Positions 13,219 through 26,351 of a stretch of 64,000 nucleotides of DNA are shown one piece after another. The stretch is from Octopus sinensis (taxonomy: Eukaryota), in the NCBI RefSeq assembly GCF_006345805.1, contig NC_043004.1, forward strand, positions 24,428,001-24,492,000, given 5' to 3'. Position numbers and translations under genes: made by a program. The notes under the pieces are model-generated. The model was not told the origin of the DNA. It ran no database searches and worked only from the letters and a program-made list of their open reading frames with translations. Positions within the stretch are counted from its first letter, which is position 1. Every line of letters starts with the position of its first letter.

Positions 13219-13255
<37 letters not shown>
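13108..13255. repeat. (ATT)n microsatellite
   Basis: Direct reading. Confidence 0.95.
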
Positions 13256-13443
13256 GCGTGAGAGAGCGGTGCATGCCATCAAAGTGACACTGGGGTAAAA
13301 TATACGAAGCCCAGTATACCCACCATGACTACCTGTCTGATAAGGGTACACCAGGCACATGCATCACAACCATTTGTGCGCGACGTGGTGATCTCATATG
13401 AAGATAAACAGCGCATGACCTTGCAGGTCGGGCACAGTTAGAA
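13256..13443 (-). mobile_element. non-coding repeat family D, partial copy
   Basis: Near-identical to 13868-14040 and abuts (ATT)n at the same terminus. Confidence 0.85.
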
Positions 13444-13790
13444 CTTGGCACCGTTCATAGTTCTTCATTAAAACCTTGTCTATTACAAGGTGGTCCTTGT
13501 GCTCTTGGATCCTTTTCGGCATCTCTTTTGTTCTATTGACAGAAGATTGTTTTCCGCAAGGAACGTATATATTTTCCCTACGAGGGTACATGTCAATACT
13601 TTCCATCGGAGATTAAGACATCAAATGGGTTGGTAATTACCAACCTCGTTGCTCTTTGACCGATCTTTCATTACCAATGTTGTCCTTCCCTCTACCATCC
13701 ACTCCAGAACTGCACCGCTCTGTAGGCAATTAATTGCAGCACAATCTTCTTGTTTATTGACATAAACCACATGACCCAGTAACCTTGAAT
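13444..13790 (-). mobile_element. R4/Dong LINE RT N-terminal fragment
   Basis: WMVEGRTTLVMKDRSKSNEVGNYQPI*CLNLRWKVLT...LLSIEQKRCRKGS, then KDHLVIDKVLMKN after a frameshift. Confidence 0.8.
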
Positions 13791-13867
13791 TTCGTCTGGA
13801 ATTCGTTTGTTATGTGCATATTATTATTATTATTATTATTACTATTATTATTATTATTATTATTATT

Positions 13868-14407
13868 GAGTGAGAGAGCAGTGCATGCCATCAAAGTGAT
13901 ACGAAGCCCAGTATACCCATCATGACTACCCGTCTGATAAGGTTACACTAGGCACATGCATCACAACCATATGTGCGCGACATGGTGATCTCACATCAAG
14001 ATAAATAGTGCATAACCTTGCAGGTGGGGCTCATTTAGAATTTTCTTCTGATCGAGTAACCCATCCTGCTCAAAAGGTCCTTGAATAAGGGTTGTTTAAG
14101 GACGTTGAATAAAACACCCATGTTTCCAGAAGTGAATTATTAAAAACCGCAAAGAATCCCTCTCGACACATGGATATGATGCTCCCCCACTACTTTTGCT
14201 CGTGATCAGAGATGCACATATCGTCAGCCACTAAGGGACATGTTCAACAGGTTATGACCAAACAACTGACAAGAAAATCTGTGGTATTGAGCAGAATATT
14301 TGCTGTAGCCCATCTTTTATACCAAGACAAAACAATGTACATGATAACACTTTCAATCAGTTAAGATCAGAAGCCATGGGAGCCACTGCCTGGTACTGCA
14401 TCAGGGC
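13868..14407 (-). mobile_element. non-coding repeat family D, ~540 bp, embedded in (TAA)n
   Basis: Flanked on both sides by (ATT)n; further copies at 13256 and ~32683-32752; no ORF and no tRNA B box. Strand is inferred from (TAA)n polarity. Confidence 0.75.
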
Positions 14408-14408
14408 A

Positions 14409-14474
<66 letters not shown>

Positions 14475-14680
14475 GCTAGCAGAATCGTTAGCACGCCTGG
14501 CAAAATTCTTAGCGGTATTTCGTCCGTCCGTATGTTCTGAGTTCAAATTCCGCCGAGGCCAACTTTGGCGTTCATTCTTTCGAGGTCAATAAATGAAGTA
14601 CCAGTGAAAGACTGGAGTCGATGTAATCGACTAGTTCCCTGCCCCAAAATTTCTGGTCTTGTGCCTATAGTAGAAAGGAT
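14475..14680 (+). mobile_element. SINE family A
   Basis: gctagcagaatcgttagcacgcctgg...gagttcaaattccgccgagg...gtgcctatagtagaaagg followed by an (att)n tail. Confidence 0.9.
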
Positions 14681-14696
14681 TATTATTATTATTATT

Positions 14697-15331
14697 ACTT
14701 TTTTTTTCTTCTTTCAAATTTGCTTCCATTTCTTACCGAGTGTCTTCCCGACTCCTAGGGCAAAGAAACTCATAGTATGCATTGGTAGGCCATTAAACCA
14801 AACTCAGTAGTTCGTTCATTTTTTTTTTTTTAAAGTTAAATTAAAATACATGAGCAGCAACAGTTCTCACATCGACAATGCTCTTCTCAATACGTGTGAA
14901 GTACCAGTTAAGACAATCTTTTGCACTTCTTGCAGAGATGGTAAGCCAGGGATCATTCTCATATAATTTTCGGTTCCCTTCTTGATCATTCCTAGTGCTC
15001 CTACGATCACTGGTATTGTAACTGCCTTGAGATGCCACATTTTCTCAATTTCAATGAGTAGGTCTTTATATTTTCTGAGCTTGTCAAACTCTTTCGCTGA
15101 GATATTATGATCACAGGGGATGCTCATGTCGATCAATAAGCAAACTTTATTGTTTTGGTCTTTCACAACGATATCTGGTTTATTGGCCTTGATGGTTCGG
15201 TCTGTATGTACTGGAAAGTCCCACAGAATGGTTACATTTTCTCCTTCAGTTACAGCCTCAGGGTGGTGATTATACCACTTGTCGGCAGTTTTGATATTGT
15301 AATGCCGACTTATTAGCCAGTGGAGATATTG
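14697..15331 (-). mobile_element. young 5'-truncated R4/Dong LINE (restriction-like endonuclease domain plus 3' UTR)
   Basis: Uninterrupted frame ending at 14867: LHWLI...KWYNHHPEAV...ILWDFPVHTDRTIKANKPDIVV...LIDMSIP...KLRKYKDL...IPVIVGALG (PD-D/E-xK nuclease). Flanked by (TAA)n on both sides. Confidence 0.9.
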
Positions 15332-15367
<36 letters not shown>

Positions 15368-15380
15368 TATTATTATTATT

Positions 15381-16238
15381 GCTAGCAGAATCGTTAGCAC
15401 GCCTGGCAAAATTCTTAGCGGTATTTCGTCCGTCCGTATGTTCTGAGTTCAAATTCCGCCGAGGCCAACTTTGGCGTTCATTCTTTCGAGGTCAATAAAT
15501 GAAGTACCAGTGAAAGACTGGAGTCGATGTAATCGACTAGTTCCCTGCCCCAAAATTTCTGGTCTTGTGCCTATAGTAGAAAGGATTATTATTATTATTA
15601 TTACTTTTTTTTTCTTCTTTCAAATTTGCTTCCATTTCTTACCGAGTGTCTTCCCGACTCCTAGGGCAAAGAAACTCATAGTATGCATTGGTAGGCCATT
15701 AAACCAAACTCAGTAGTTCGTTCATTTTTTTTTTTTTTTAAGTTAAATTAAAATACATGAGCAGCAACAGTTCTCACATCGACAATGCTCTTCTCAATAC
15801 GTGTGAAGTACCAGTTAAGACAATCTTTTGCACTTCTTGCAGAGATGGTAAGCCAGGGATCATTCTCATATAATTTTCGGTTCCCTTCTTGATCATTCCT
15901 AGTGCTCCTACGATCACTGGTATTGTAACTGCCTTGAGATGCCACATTTTCTCAATTTCAATGAGTAGGTCTTTATATTTTCTGAGCTTGTCAAACTCTT
16001 TCGCTGAGATATTATGATCACAGGGGATGCTCATGTCGATCAATAAGCAAACTTTATTGTTTTGGTCTTTCACAACGATATCTGGTTTATTGGCCTTGAT
16101 GGTTCGGTCTGTATGTACTGGAAAGTCCCACAGAATGGTTACATTTTCTCCTTCAGTTACAGCCTCAGGGTGGTGATTATACCACTTGTCGGCAGTTTTG
16201 ATATTGTAATGCCGACTTATTAGCCAGTGGAGATATTG
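15381..16238. repeat. second copy of the 906-bp tandem duplication (SINE A on +, Dong 3' end on -)
   Basis: Identical by eye to 14475-15331 except at one T/A homopolymer junction; the ORF track repeats at offsets of 906 and 907. Confidence 0.95.
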
Positions 16239-16292
<54 letters not shown>

Positions 16293-16459
16293 CTACTATT
16301 ATAATACTACTACTAATATAATACTACTATTATAATACTACTACTACTGTTTGTGTCTGATGTGTGAATCAGTATTGCACTATACATCATTATGATTTTA
16401 ACATCACTATCATAAACATCAGCAGCAACTGTAGTAGCACTGTAATCATCATGATCATG

Positions 16460-16496
<37 letters not shown>

Positions 16497-17194
16497 CCAC
16501 CACCACCACTCTTATGATCATCCTGGATGTCATTCGTTCATTACTAATTCGTCTTTACTTCTACATTCTACCATATTCACAATTTTTATGCTATATATTT
16601 CTGTCTAATCATTTTTTATCTTCCATTTCATAAATTTTGAGCATCCTTTGACAGAATTATTCCATTCTCGGTAATTTTCACATGAGCAGCACTATTCACG
16701 ACTATTAACTTTTTTTTATCAAATACTCCAGTTTGCATTTCTAACGAAAATCGTTGTTTTTTTATAGGTTTTGTTTTCTTCTATTTATGTTTGTTTTGTA
16801 TATTTCTGCTTTGATTTATTGTTCTTCTTTTATTATTCGTATATACCTTTGAAGTTACACTTATTTCTCGGGTGGTGATATAAAAATCAATTTGGATATT
16901 AACCTTCTTTGATACGAATAAAAAAATAAGATATATCTATATTTGCGTAAAAGTTTTGTGAGCTGCGAAATAATCATTAAGATTGTTCTACAAACTAGTT
17001 AGGGTAGAATTATAATACTGAGGTCCAGTTTAACCTAATGATATAATGGCTACAGTCTTCGATGGAGTTTCAATTCTCCATGGGTGCTATTTACACTTCA
17101 TTTATTGAGTTAATGCCACTGAGAAATGCATTAGCATCACAACTCCAGGAACATGGATACAACGTGTTATATCAACGCGTTTTTTAAACATATC

Positions 17195-17433
17195 ATTTAC
17201 TTGTCTCAGTCACTGGGTTGCAGCCATGCTTGGGCACCGCACTGTAGGGTTCAGTAGAACAGATCGACTCTAATGATTTTCTATCGACGTTTGGTGCTTA
17301 TTCTCTTGATCTCGTTTGACGAGCTGATAACTTACGGGGATCTAGACAAACCAACACCGGTTGTCATACAGTGGTAAGTGACAAACAAAACCGAAACACG
17401 CATCTATATACATCACTCGTACACACACACACA

Positions 17434-17473
<40 letters not shown>

Positions 17474-17758
17474 GGAGAGAGAGGGAAGAGAGAGAGACTG
17501 TATGAGATGTAAATGTAAGCCTATGCTATCGTAATACAACAGTATCACAAAATAATTTGAGTGCCTTTAAGTAAATTGGAAGAGGTACAACCAAGGAGAG
17601 ATGAAAGAGACAAAATCGGCTCAGCAGGAACAAGTTTCTCGTTTTCTCTCTACCAACTCCACTCACAAGACTTTCGTCGTCCCGAGGCTAAAGCCACACA
17701 ATATAACTGAATCCGGAACTATGTGCATAGGATGCAAACTTCCTCCCAGACAGCCAAC
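17195..17758 (-). mobile_element. diverged SINE family B split by microsatellite and unrelated DNA
   Basis: 3' part at 17195-17400 (cagccatgcttgggcaccgc...ttacggggatctagacaaaccaacaccggttgtc); 5' part at 17640-17758 (ctaccaactccactcacaag...ccggaactatgtg). Confidence 0.65.
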
Positions 17759-18583
17759 TATCTCGCTGAGAAAATAGGCCATATTGATAATATAGAATGA
17801 ATGTTAAATCATGCTAATGGTGTTGTCGTATTTACGATTTACCAAAAACAACTCAGAGCCCCTTTACCAGAGGTGAAGGTAAACTTCGAATATAAGCAAA
17901 ATTTTGAATGGTACAGTACATTTACATAATATTACGTTAGGCGGCTCAGTATTAATTACTATTGTATTGTTACATTGTGGATAATACAATTAATTACTAC
18001 TGTACCATTACAGTGTGGATATGTATATAGTCATACCTATATATTTAACAGCATACGTGTATTGCGTGTGTGTGTGTGTGTGTGTGTGTGTAGTATAGTA
18101 TCACAGCACTCCACTCCGATAAATAAAGATTTACAATGATATAATGCATCAAATAAAATGAAATATCACCTTTTATTTGGTATTTGAATGTCTTCTTTTA
18201 TTCAATTTCAATAATCAAAACCTTTCAATGTTTGGAAGCAATTCAATCAATATAAAATTAATTGGATAATTATCTAAATTTGAAATTTAAACACGGGTGT
18301 AGTTAAATAGCGTTCAATATTTTTTAGCAATTCAAAATCTATTAAGTTAAATATGATTTTAAAAACTAAGACAAAGAACAATACGCGCTATTGACTAAAT
18401 TTTCTTTCTAATTTGTTTTCAAGCTAAATGTAAACAAAGAAATGACTAATAAATCGTTTATAATTAATTTATTTGAAATAAATTGTTATTGTTAATATTT
18501 CAAAAATGTTACAAACAAACACTTCTACATTTAAACACTAAAACGTGCCCTCTCTCCCCCCTCCCGCTGTTATTTGTCTATAC

Positions 18584-18648
<65 letters not shown>

Positions 18649-18925
18649 ATAAGATAATTTTAAATGGGAAAAGTAATCCGTGTATAGTGCAACCGTTTTT
18701 TGTGCTCGTTTATGAGCTAAGGAGTAATTAAAATTTGCAGAAGATGAAAATTACAGTTGTCAATACTTCACATCGAAAATAAAATTGTGCTTACAGTGAT
18801 TTATAAGACTTGAATGGGATAATTGTGTATGCGTGTGTAGATACATATATTCGAGGGAGAATAAATAGAGTTCACTAATTCGAGATATCAAGAAGGTAAA
18901 AGTTAATTGAAAATAAACATCAGTT

Positions 18926-19013
18926 AAAACCTACGGCCGTTTCAGAAAATATCAAGAGGCTGTAGGAACAGTCCATATTCAACTCCATCGAATATTTCCT
19001 TCTTCATGGTTTA
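18926..19013 (-). ncRNA. minimal type-I hammerhead motif with C3>A change
   Basis: Minus strand reads AAACC-AUGAAGA-AGGAAAUAU...AUAUUUUCU-GAAAC-GGCC-GUA-GGUUU. Stems I and II pair; stem/loop III is the palindrome ACGGCCGU. Confidence 0.7.
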
Positions 19014-19089
19014 TTGCTTGTGGTAAAGTTCATTTAAAATTCTACTTGAGGAATTCCTATTATTGGGGGAACATCGAATGATTAAATAA

Positions 19090-19952
19090 GTTAGGCTCCT
19101 CGGTAAGGCCCTTCAGTAACATTGTCAGTTCAGGAACTTCTAGAAATTATCCAGGGTCCTCAACTCGGATGTTCTTCGGAACAGGTTGGTGAGATGATTA
19201 TCATCGAGGCCCAGGATCTCCCCTAAGGTATCATCACACTTCGACTATACTACCCTCTACATTGATGACATTGCCCGAGCGATAGATTATTACAAATGCC
19301 TTTCGACACTCAGTGTACCATGTACCTATCTTCGATCTACGATAGGTCCAGGATTCCAGTCCACAAAAACGTGTGAACTTGGGAAACATCGATTTGGCGT
19401 AAGGACCTCACACCCGCTCACCATCCAGGAAGAGCCACACATGCCTCAGCCACAGCGCATGCCTGCGCATCATCAGCCACGGCATCCCTAGCCCACCCTT
19501 TAACGGTCTTCGGCAGCAGGTAGAACGCTTCACAAGTGGTCCTGTGCCCTTCCACAAAAATCGAAAGAGCACCCGTTCCAACTTGAACAGCCACAAATCG
19601 GGACAAAGCACGACGGTTAGGCGGTAGGTAATGACCGATGCAATAAACACTTTAGTAACCATCACCCTCCATTTCAGAGACAGCCACTGCCCGAACCAGG
19701 TCTGAGTTAGATGGATCACCATGTTCAGAGCCTCGCTCGAATTCTTCTTTATCTGGAGGTCCGTTCCAAACCAGGCTCCTAGAAGTTTGATCGGACTCAC
19801 CGTCCAACGTCCTACGATGCTGTTGGGACGGTATCGATTTGCCCCTCCAGGTGCCCAGCTTCAAGCCGATTGACTTTTCACGATTAATCTTTGTTCCTGC
19901 CACTGTCTCATATTCCTTAATAGCATCGCCTACCCTCTATAGGTGTTCCACT
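19090..19952 (-). mobile_element. L1/Tx1-clade LINE ORF2 fragment (late RT and thumb)
   Basis: KEYETVAGTKINREKS, IKLLGAWFG, WFGQWLSLKWRV, LFRFLWKG, PLKGGLGMP. Confidence 0.85.
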
Positions 19953-20590
19953 TCATTTCAGATATAATGATTGTAATGCTTTTCTAGTTTTATCTATATT
20001 TTCTCGTGATGAATTAGTGATAGCAAATAAACCATCATCCCTATAAAGGAAATTTATCTTTTATTTTAGAAAGCAGGAAAAGGCCTACCAAATCGGTTAT
20101 CTGGGCCGAGTTCGCCGAACCCATTCTTTTTATCGCTTCGAGTCCACTCTTTCTTATCAAATTTGATTAAGGTTTTCCTAGCATTTAAAATAATCGCTCT
20201 TTCTAAAGGAGAGCTTTCCTTTAATTCTTTCAGCAAAGGTGATAGCTTTGTCCAAAATGTCTGAAGATATAGACTGGTAGTATTTATCAATGTCAAATTG
20301 CAAAAAATAAGTCTTATTTTTGTTGTTTAGTGAAACGAATCAAGTGACGACGTCCCCTCTGCATTGCCATAGAAGCAGATTATTACTTCTACGTCTAATG
20401 TGAGGGAGAATTTTATCCATTATGGATTTAAAAATACTACCCAAATAGGATTTAGTGGGACAAATTAATTTCATGCTAGGTTTACTTCCGAAATCCGGTT
20501 TCTGAACTTTTAATATAAAGTGGGGGTATTAGGGGTGTATGGTTCAATTTTATCAATAGGTTTAATTCCTTGATAAGTTTCGAGCATATT
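19953..20590 (-). mobile_element. Penelope-like element RT remnant
   Basis: LKVQKPDFGSKPSMKLICPTKS, FLQFDIDKYYQSIS, IILNARKTL, SAQITDLVGLFLL, YRDDGLF. Confidence 0.85.
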
Positions 20591-21036
20591 CAGTGTGTAG
20601 TGCAACCGTTTTTTGTGCTCGTTTATGACCTAAGGAATAATAATAATTTGTAGAAGATAAAAATTCTAGTTGTCAGTATTTCACATCCGACAAAATTTGA
20701 GATCAGAACTTAAAGACAGGCGTGATGCTGCTAAGCATTTTGTCGGCGAGCTAACTATTCTGACAGCTCACCGCTTTTATAATAATATATTAAATTTGTA
20801 GTTCTGCATTATAAATACATTTTACCTGACTTTACCAATCGATTTTGTATGACAAAGCTAGAAGGAAAACCCACCCCAGAGTTCGTCAGAAGCACTAGTA
20901 GGTAAAGTATGGCGACAGTTCTCTGCTACTGGAGATCAGAAAGTATCACATACGTTCTGCGGTCCTTGTGACAAACTAGAACGTAAAAAACGCAAAGGAG
21001 TTCTGCTGGGAAATCCATCTACAGTAATGCCCCTTA

Positions 21037-21245
<209 letters not shown>

Positions 21246-21299
21246 TGTATTAAATAAGTAAATAGACAGACTATATTGAATAAGTAAATAAATATATCG

Positions 21300-21635
21300 G
21301 CAAGTGAGATGTATGGTGACACCAAAGATAAGCATTTGGAACGACTATGAGAGCTTGGCAGAGTGCCGTTCATTTAGAGAGGTGTGGCGCAGCGATGTTT
21401 TCTGGTTACGTGTAATAAATATTTTCTTAATTTTTTTCCATTGAAAGAGACAAGATTGGTATGGTTCCAATGGAGGATGCTGTGAAGATCACCGTTTATG
21501 GATTCGATCCAAGTTTGGCACGTGATGTCTAGGTTGCGGGAAGGTGATGCATGGTTAGAGAAAGCTAGGAAGAAAAGAAGGGTCGTGCCATCTGTATGAG
21601 GGTGGATGTTGTTGGGTCTGGCGGCAATTAGGTCA
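21300..21635 (-). mobile_element. decayed LINE RT fragment (CR1/L2/jockey group)
   Basis: YDLIAARPNNIHPHTDGTTL (decayed IH.YADDTTL) and SINGDLHSILHWNHTNLVSFNGKK. Confidence 0.65.
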
Positions 21636-22752
21636 TATATGCACAAACATATATAAGTAAACATACTCACAAACACCTTTCAAATGGAAATTTAATTTAA
21701 GTGAACTTTCATTCTTGCAATATTATGGAGTTGCAGAGAATGTTTGAGAGTGGGAAAAAAATGGAAAACATGTCTGTCGTTTGGATTCTCCATTATGCTC
21801 GATTGGCATTAACAAGACGAACTGGCATCGCAGAAATATTCATATGAATTAATGAAACTTCATAAATATGCATCAGTATATTACCAAGCTTAATTACGAG
21901 AGATATAGTTTGATCATTGGGGTCACTTTCAATGGCGGATGCTGAATGTCGGCTTTCGACCATTTTTACATAATATTACATGCCTGATCAGCGTTCTTGC
22001 AGCCTTCCAAACAATTAGTCATTAAGTAGTTAGTTTGATTTTTGAATTGCTAATTCATTTCCTTTCTTAATGCTTTCACTATCTATCTCTCAATCAATAC
22101 TTTATCTTTATTTGTCTCTCTCTCTCAAAACATACGTACATACATATATACATACATATATACATACATACAAACACATATATATGTACATATATAGGTG
22201 TGTTTATATGTTTGCATGGAGTCTGTGTGTATGTGTGTGTCAGCGTACTTATATGTTTATGTCTGTATCTTTATACTAAATGCACAAATGCACACACTTC
22301 TCTTTAATTTGCAACGATTATTAGTGATATACACGATGGTAAAAACAATTTACAGCAACAATAAATGTTTATTTACCGAAATCATATCTATAATGAAATC
22401 AAACTTGACAGAGACAGGCTGAATTTATGGAAGAAAAATCACGCAGTCAGGAAGGGATTGGTAACAATCATGTAATCCCCTACGGTTCACATTTGAGGAT
22501 AAACTGTGTAAATGTTTTAGACATTCAGTTTAATGTACACATAGGAAAATTCATATTACTTCTCCATGACGTCGATAAAATAAATATTACAAATGCTATG
22601 ATATATTTTAGCCTATAATGTCCTTGTACATACTGTGTTTACAATTCGTTTATTGATACAAGATCACGGTTATTTATATTATTACTAGTAACAGAATACT
22701 GAAGCGTCGAACATTATTTTTCAGTATTTAGTGACGATCCTTACTTTCTTAG

Positions 22753-23136
22753 TTCTTCTCTATCTGGAGGTCCGTTCCGAACCAGACTCCTAGAAGTTTG
22801 ATCGGACTCACCGTCCAACGTCCTACGACGCTGTCGGGAGGTATCGACTTGCCCCTCCAGGTGCCGAGTTGCAAGCCGATTGACTTTTCTCGATTAATCT
22901 TTGTTCCTGCCACTGTCTCGTATTCCTTAATAGCATCGCCTACCCTCTATAGGTGTTCCACTTCATTTCAGATATAATGATTGTAATGCTTTTCTAGTTT
23001 TATCTATATTTTGACGTGATGAATTAGTGATAGCAAATAAACCATCATCCCTATAAAGGCCTCCTTTGATAGCAGGAAATTTATCTTTTATTTCAGGAAG
23101 CAGGAAAAGGCCTACCAAATCGGTTATCTGGGCCGA
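22753..23136 (-). repeat. duplicate of the Tx1/Penelope junction at 19742-20109
   Basis: Near-identical ~380 bp; retains KGGLYRDDGLF intact. Confidence 0.9.
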
Positions 23137-23375
23137 AATACCTATTTCTTTACTACCCACAAGGGGCTAAACACAGAGAAAACAAACAAGGACAGACAAA
23201 CGGATTAAGTCGATTATATCGACCCCAATACGTAACTGGTACTTAATTCATCGACTCCGAAAGGATGAAAGGCAAAGTCGACATCGGCGGAATTTAAACT
23301 CAGAACGTAACAGCAGACGAAATACCGCTAAGCATTTCGCCTGGCGTGCTAACGTTTATGCCAGCTCGTCGCCTT
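23137..23375 (-). mobile_element. SINE family A, full length, alternative tail
   Basis: Minus head ggcgacgagctggcataaacgttagcacgccagg, B box gagtttaaattcc, tail tagccccttgtgggtagtaaagaaatagg. Confidence 0.9.
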
Positions 23376-23974
23376 GGGAAACAAGCTTCTTACCACATAG
23401 CCTCGCCTACGCCTTTATGTAAATTATTGTGTCATTGTACGGATACTCATGTATGTATGCTAAATTACAAGTTTGCGTGAAGCAATGCAATTCGACGTAA
23501 CGTTTTGCACCGATATATAAAAGGAGACACACGCACAACCTCAAACATACAAACACACAAAGGTGTGTTCTCGAGTGTTAAATAGCAAAACTGTTAGATA
23601 TTCGGATAGAACGCTTTACTGTATTTTGTTCCGATTCTCTGCGCTATGAGTTCAAATTTCGTCGAGACCAACTTTGCCTTTTAATCTTTCGAGGTTCATA
23701 AAAATGAGCCAATTTAGAGTGGTAGTTTGGCGGGATTTCCTCGGACGCTTTGGAGTATTTGTCTTTCTAAGTTCAAGTTTTGCTATGACTCACAGCTGGT
23801 AGACTTAATCTGTTGACCGGTCAAACCTTACCACCTGCCATTCTGAGTGCCTTTAGAAGAACCCATCTGATTTGTAGATAATTTCCTACATCCTTTCCTT
23901 CTGCCAATCTCGGAAACCCTGAAAAACATTTTGGGCACTGACTTCCGTCTTGACGAACAAATAAATTATTCTTT

Positions 23975-24165
23975 CTAATTTTGGCACAAGCCCAGCTATT
24001 TTGTAGAGTTGGGGTAAATCGGTTACACGAATCCCAGCACATGACTGTATCAACCCCAAAATGATGAAAGACAAAGTTAATATTGGCGGGATTTGACCTC
24101 CGAATGTAAAGATGCAAGGAAATCTTGGCAAGTATATTATGCGACAGGCTAACCATTCTGCCATC
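23975..24165 (-). mobile_element. diverged SINE family A
   Basis: aattttggcacaag...gatgaaagacaaagttaatattggcgggatttgacctc...gctaaccattctgcca. Confidence 0.65.
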
Positions 24166-25124
24166 TCTCATCCTACATGTACAAGCTTCTGTCTACCAAA
24201 TTTCAATCACAGAGTATTGATTAACTCTCACCAATGTTTTATTTGCAGATATTAATCGGTAGATATTCAGACTGGACATCAGCATGTTCAGTGTCACATA
24301 TCTTGGAGATGTGACAAAAATGACCAGCGAACTATCTTCCTTTTCATAATTTATACAAGACTATCAACTAGGCAAGTTGAATTGCCAGAGGTTGATGAGT
24401 TTCTAACTTTGTGTACTCATAAATATTCATATTTTACAATAAATCATCCAAGACTAGCTTTGGTATCAGTCAATGACATATACGTCTTTGGCGGCAAGGG
24501 AATGTTTTGTTATTTCACACATTTTGGTAACTGCAAATGATGTTACGAAAGCAAAATTGATGGCAGAAGTACCGAAGTTATATGTCCATGCAATAAATAT
24601 TCCACTTAACGGTCATTTTCTTAATTAAACAGCGTCGATGTCTGTATTAATTGGTTTCCTTTACATGCTAAGAAATCAATTGCAATAATATTAACAATAA
24701 TAGCAATAGCGATTTATGAGGAGTTTAACAACAGCAACACAGCCGCAAATAACGTCATCAGCGGTAGCAGCAGTAACTCATTAGCAGGTAGTTGAGGATA
24801 GTGGAAACTCAAAGGCAAGGAAATACCTGATTAAACAAAGACACACACATGCACACACACACATGTACACAGGCACATACATACACACAAATAGATACAT
24901 ACATACAGACTGACAGACATTTTTATACAGTTGGACTGCTATATATGCATAGTTATATACATGAGTATAGATACACATATAGATAATTCATACACGTACG
25001 TATTATCTATAAATGATATACATACGATATATATATCACGTATACATAATATCATATTATATATACATATATCTATATAATATCCATATGATATATAAAA
25101 TATACTATATATATATTATTTATT

Positions 25125-25417
25125 TATTTATTTATGCGCCCTTTTCAAGCCTAGCCAGGCTCATGGGCCCAGTTTCCCAGTTTCTGTGGCATATCTGTTC
25201 CCCCCAGCTGGATGGGATGCCAGTCCATCGCAGCGTTACTCAAGAAACAGGAGGAAAGAGAGAGAGAAAGTTGTGGCGAAAGAGTACAGCAGGGGTCGCC
25301 ACCACCCCTGCCGGATCGTGGAGCTTTTAAGTTTTTTCGTTCAATAAACACACACAATGCCCGGTCTGGGAATCGAAACCGCGAGTCAACTGCCTTAACC
25401 ACTGGACCATTGCGCCT
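25125..25417 (-). mobile_element. tRNA-derived SINE family C, full length
   Basis: Minus head ggcgcaatggtccagtggttaaggcagttgactcgcggtttcgattcc, body gctgcgatggactggcatcccatccag, tail gaaaagggcgc(ataa)n. Confidence 0.9.
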
Positions 25418-25439
25418 CATATATATATATATATTACCA

Positions 25440-26180
25440 GAGAACTAAGATTGCGAGAGCTTAAAAATGTACTCCAGGACAAGTACTACCCCACTCAACT
25501 CATAAATGAAGGAATTAAACTTGCAAAGTTGATTAATATTAAAACGTTAAGAAAAGCCAAGCACAACAACACATCTACGCTCAAAAGCTCAAACTTATAT
25601 CTCCATATACAATCTCAGAAACAAAGAAGGATTCAATATCATCGTCCAAAATCATCCACTACTCCATAGGGACACCATTCTACGTAACCATAAAATCATT
25701 AAGAGCAGCAAATAACTTAACACATTGAAGAATATTCTCACCAATGCCAAACTATTCTCTTGAACAACGGACGTAAGAGTCGTAAACTCTGGTCGCTCTA
25801 ATTGCAGAACATGTCCCAATCTGTTAGAAGGATAGGAATTCCATTTCAGACAAGATATTCAAAATCAAATCTAAGTTCACTTCCGCCTTCCAAAACCTCA
25901 TTTACGTAATCAGATATTCGGGCTGCCATCGAAACTATATTGGCTCAACAGGCAATTCGGTCCGAAAGAGATTTATGGTCCACAGACAACAAATTTCCTC
26001 CCCACAATATCGCCAAATATATCTCAGTCACCACATTGACGAATGTGCAGGACGATAACAACCAAAATTCGTAATTTTCCCATTTTATCAACTTGCCTTC
26101 TGGACCTCAATACAAATAAGATTGAATAAAGAAGCCTCAGCTATCCAAAAATATAAACTAGAATTGAATATGAACCCATA
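25440..26180 (+). mobile_element. Penelope-like element C-terminal remnant with GIY-YIG endonuclease
   Basis: LRELKNVLQDKYYP, CRTCP, NLIYVIRYSGCHRNYIGSTG..VRKRFMVH, RLNKEASAIQKYKLELN; contains several stops. Confidence 0.85.
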
Positions 26181-26351
26181 TTAAAAATAAAGGACTTACT
26201 CCATCTAATGGAAAATATAAGCCAGAATAAAGTAAAGAACACACAGAAAAAAATAAAAATGTAAAAATTGCTGCAAAATAAATGAATGAACAATTATCTC
26301 CCCTCGCAATAATCCACCCCTCCCCCTAGCAATTTATCTCTTTCAACACTC

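Noticed and set aside
24249-24314. Acceptor followed by GRYSDWTSACSVS, reminiscent of a thrombospondin-1 repeat
   Set aside because: In-frame stop follows before any convincing donor, and the remaining TSR cysteines are missing.
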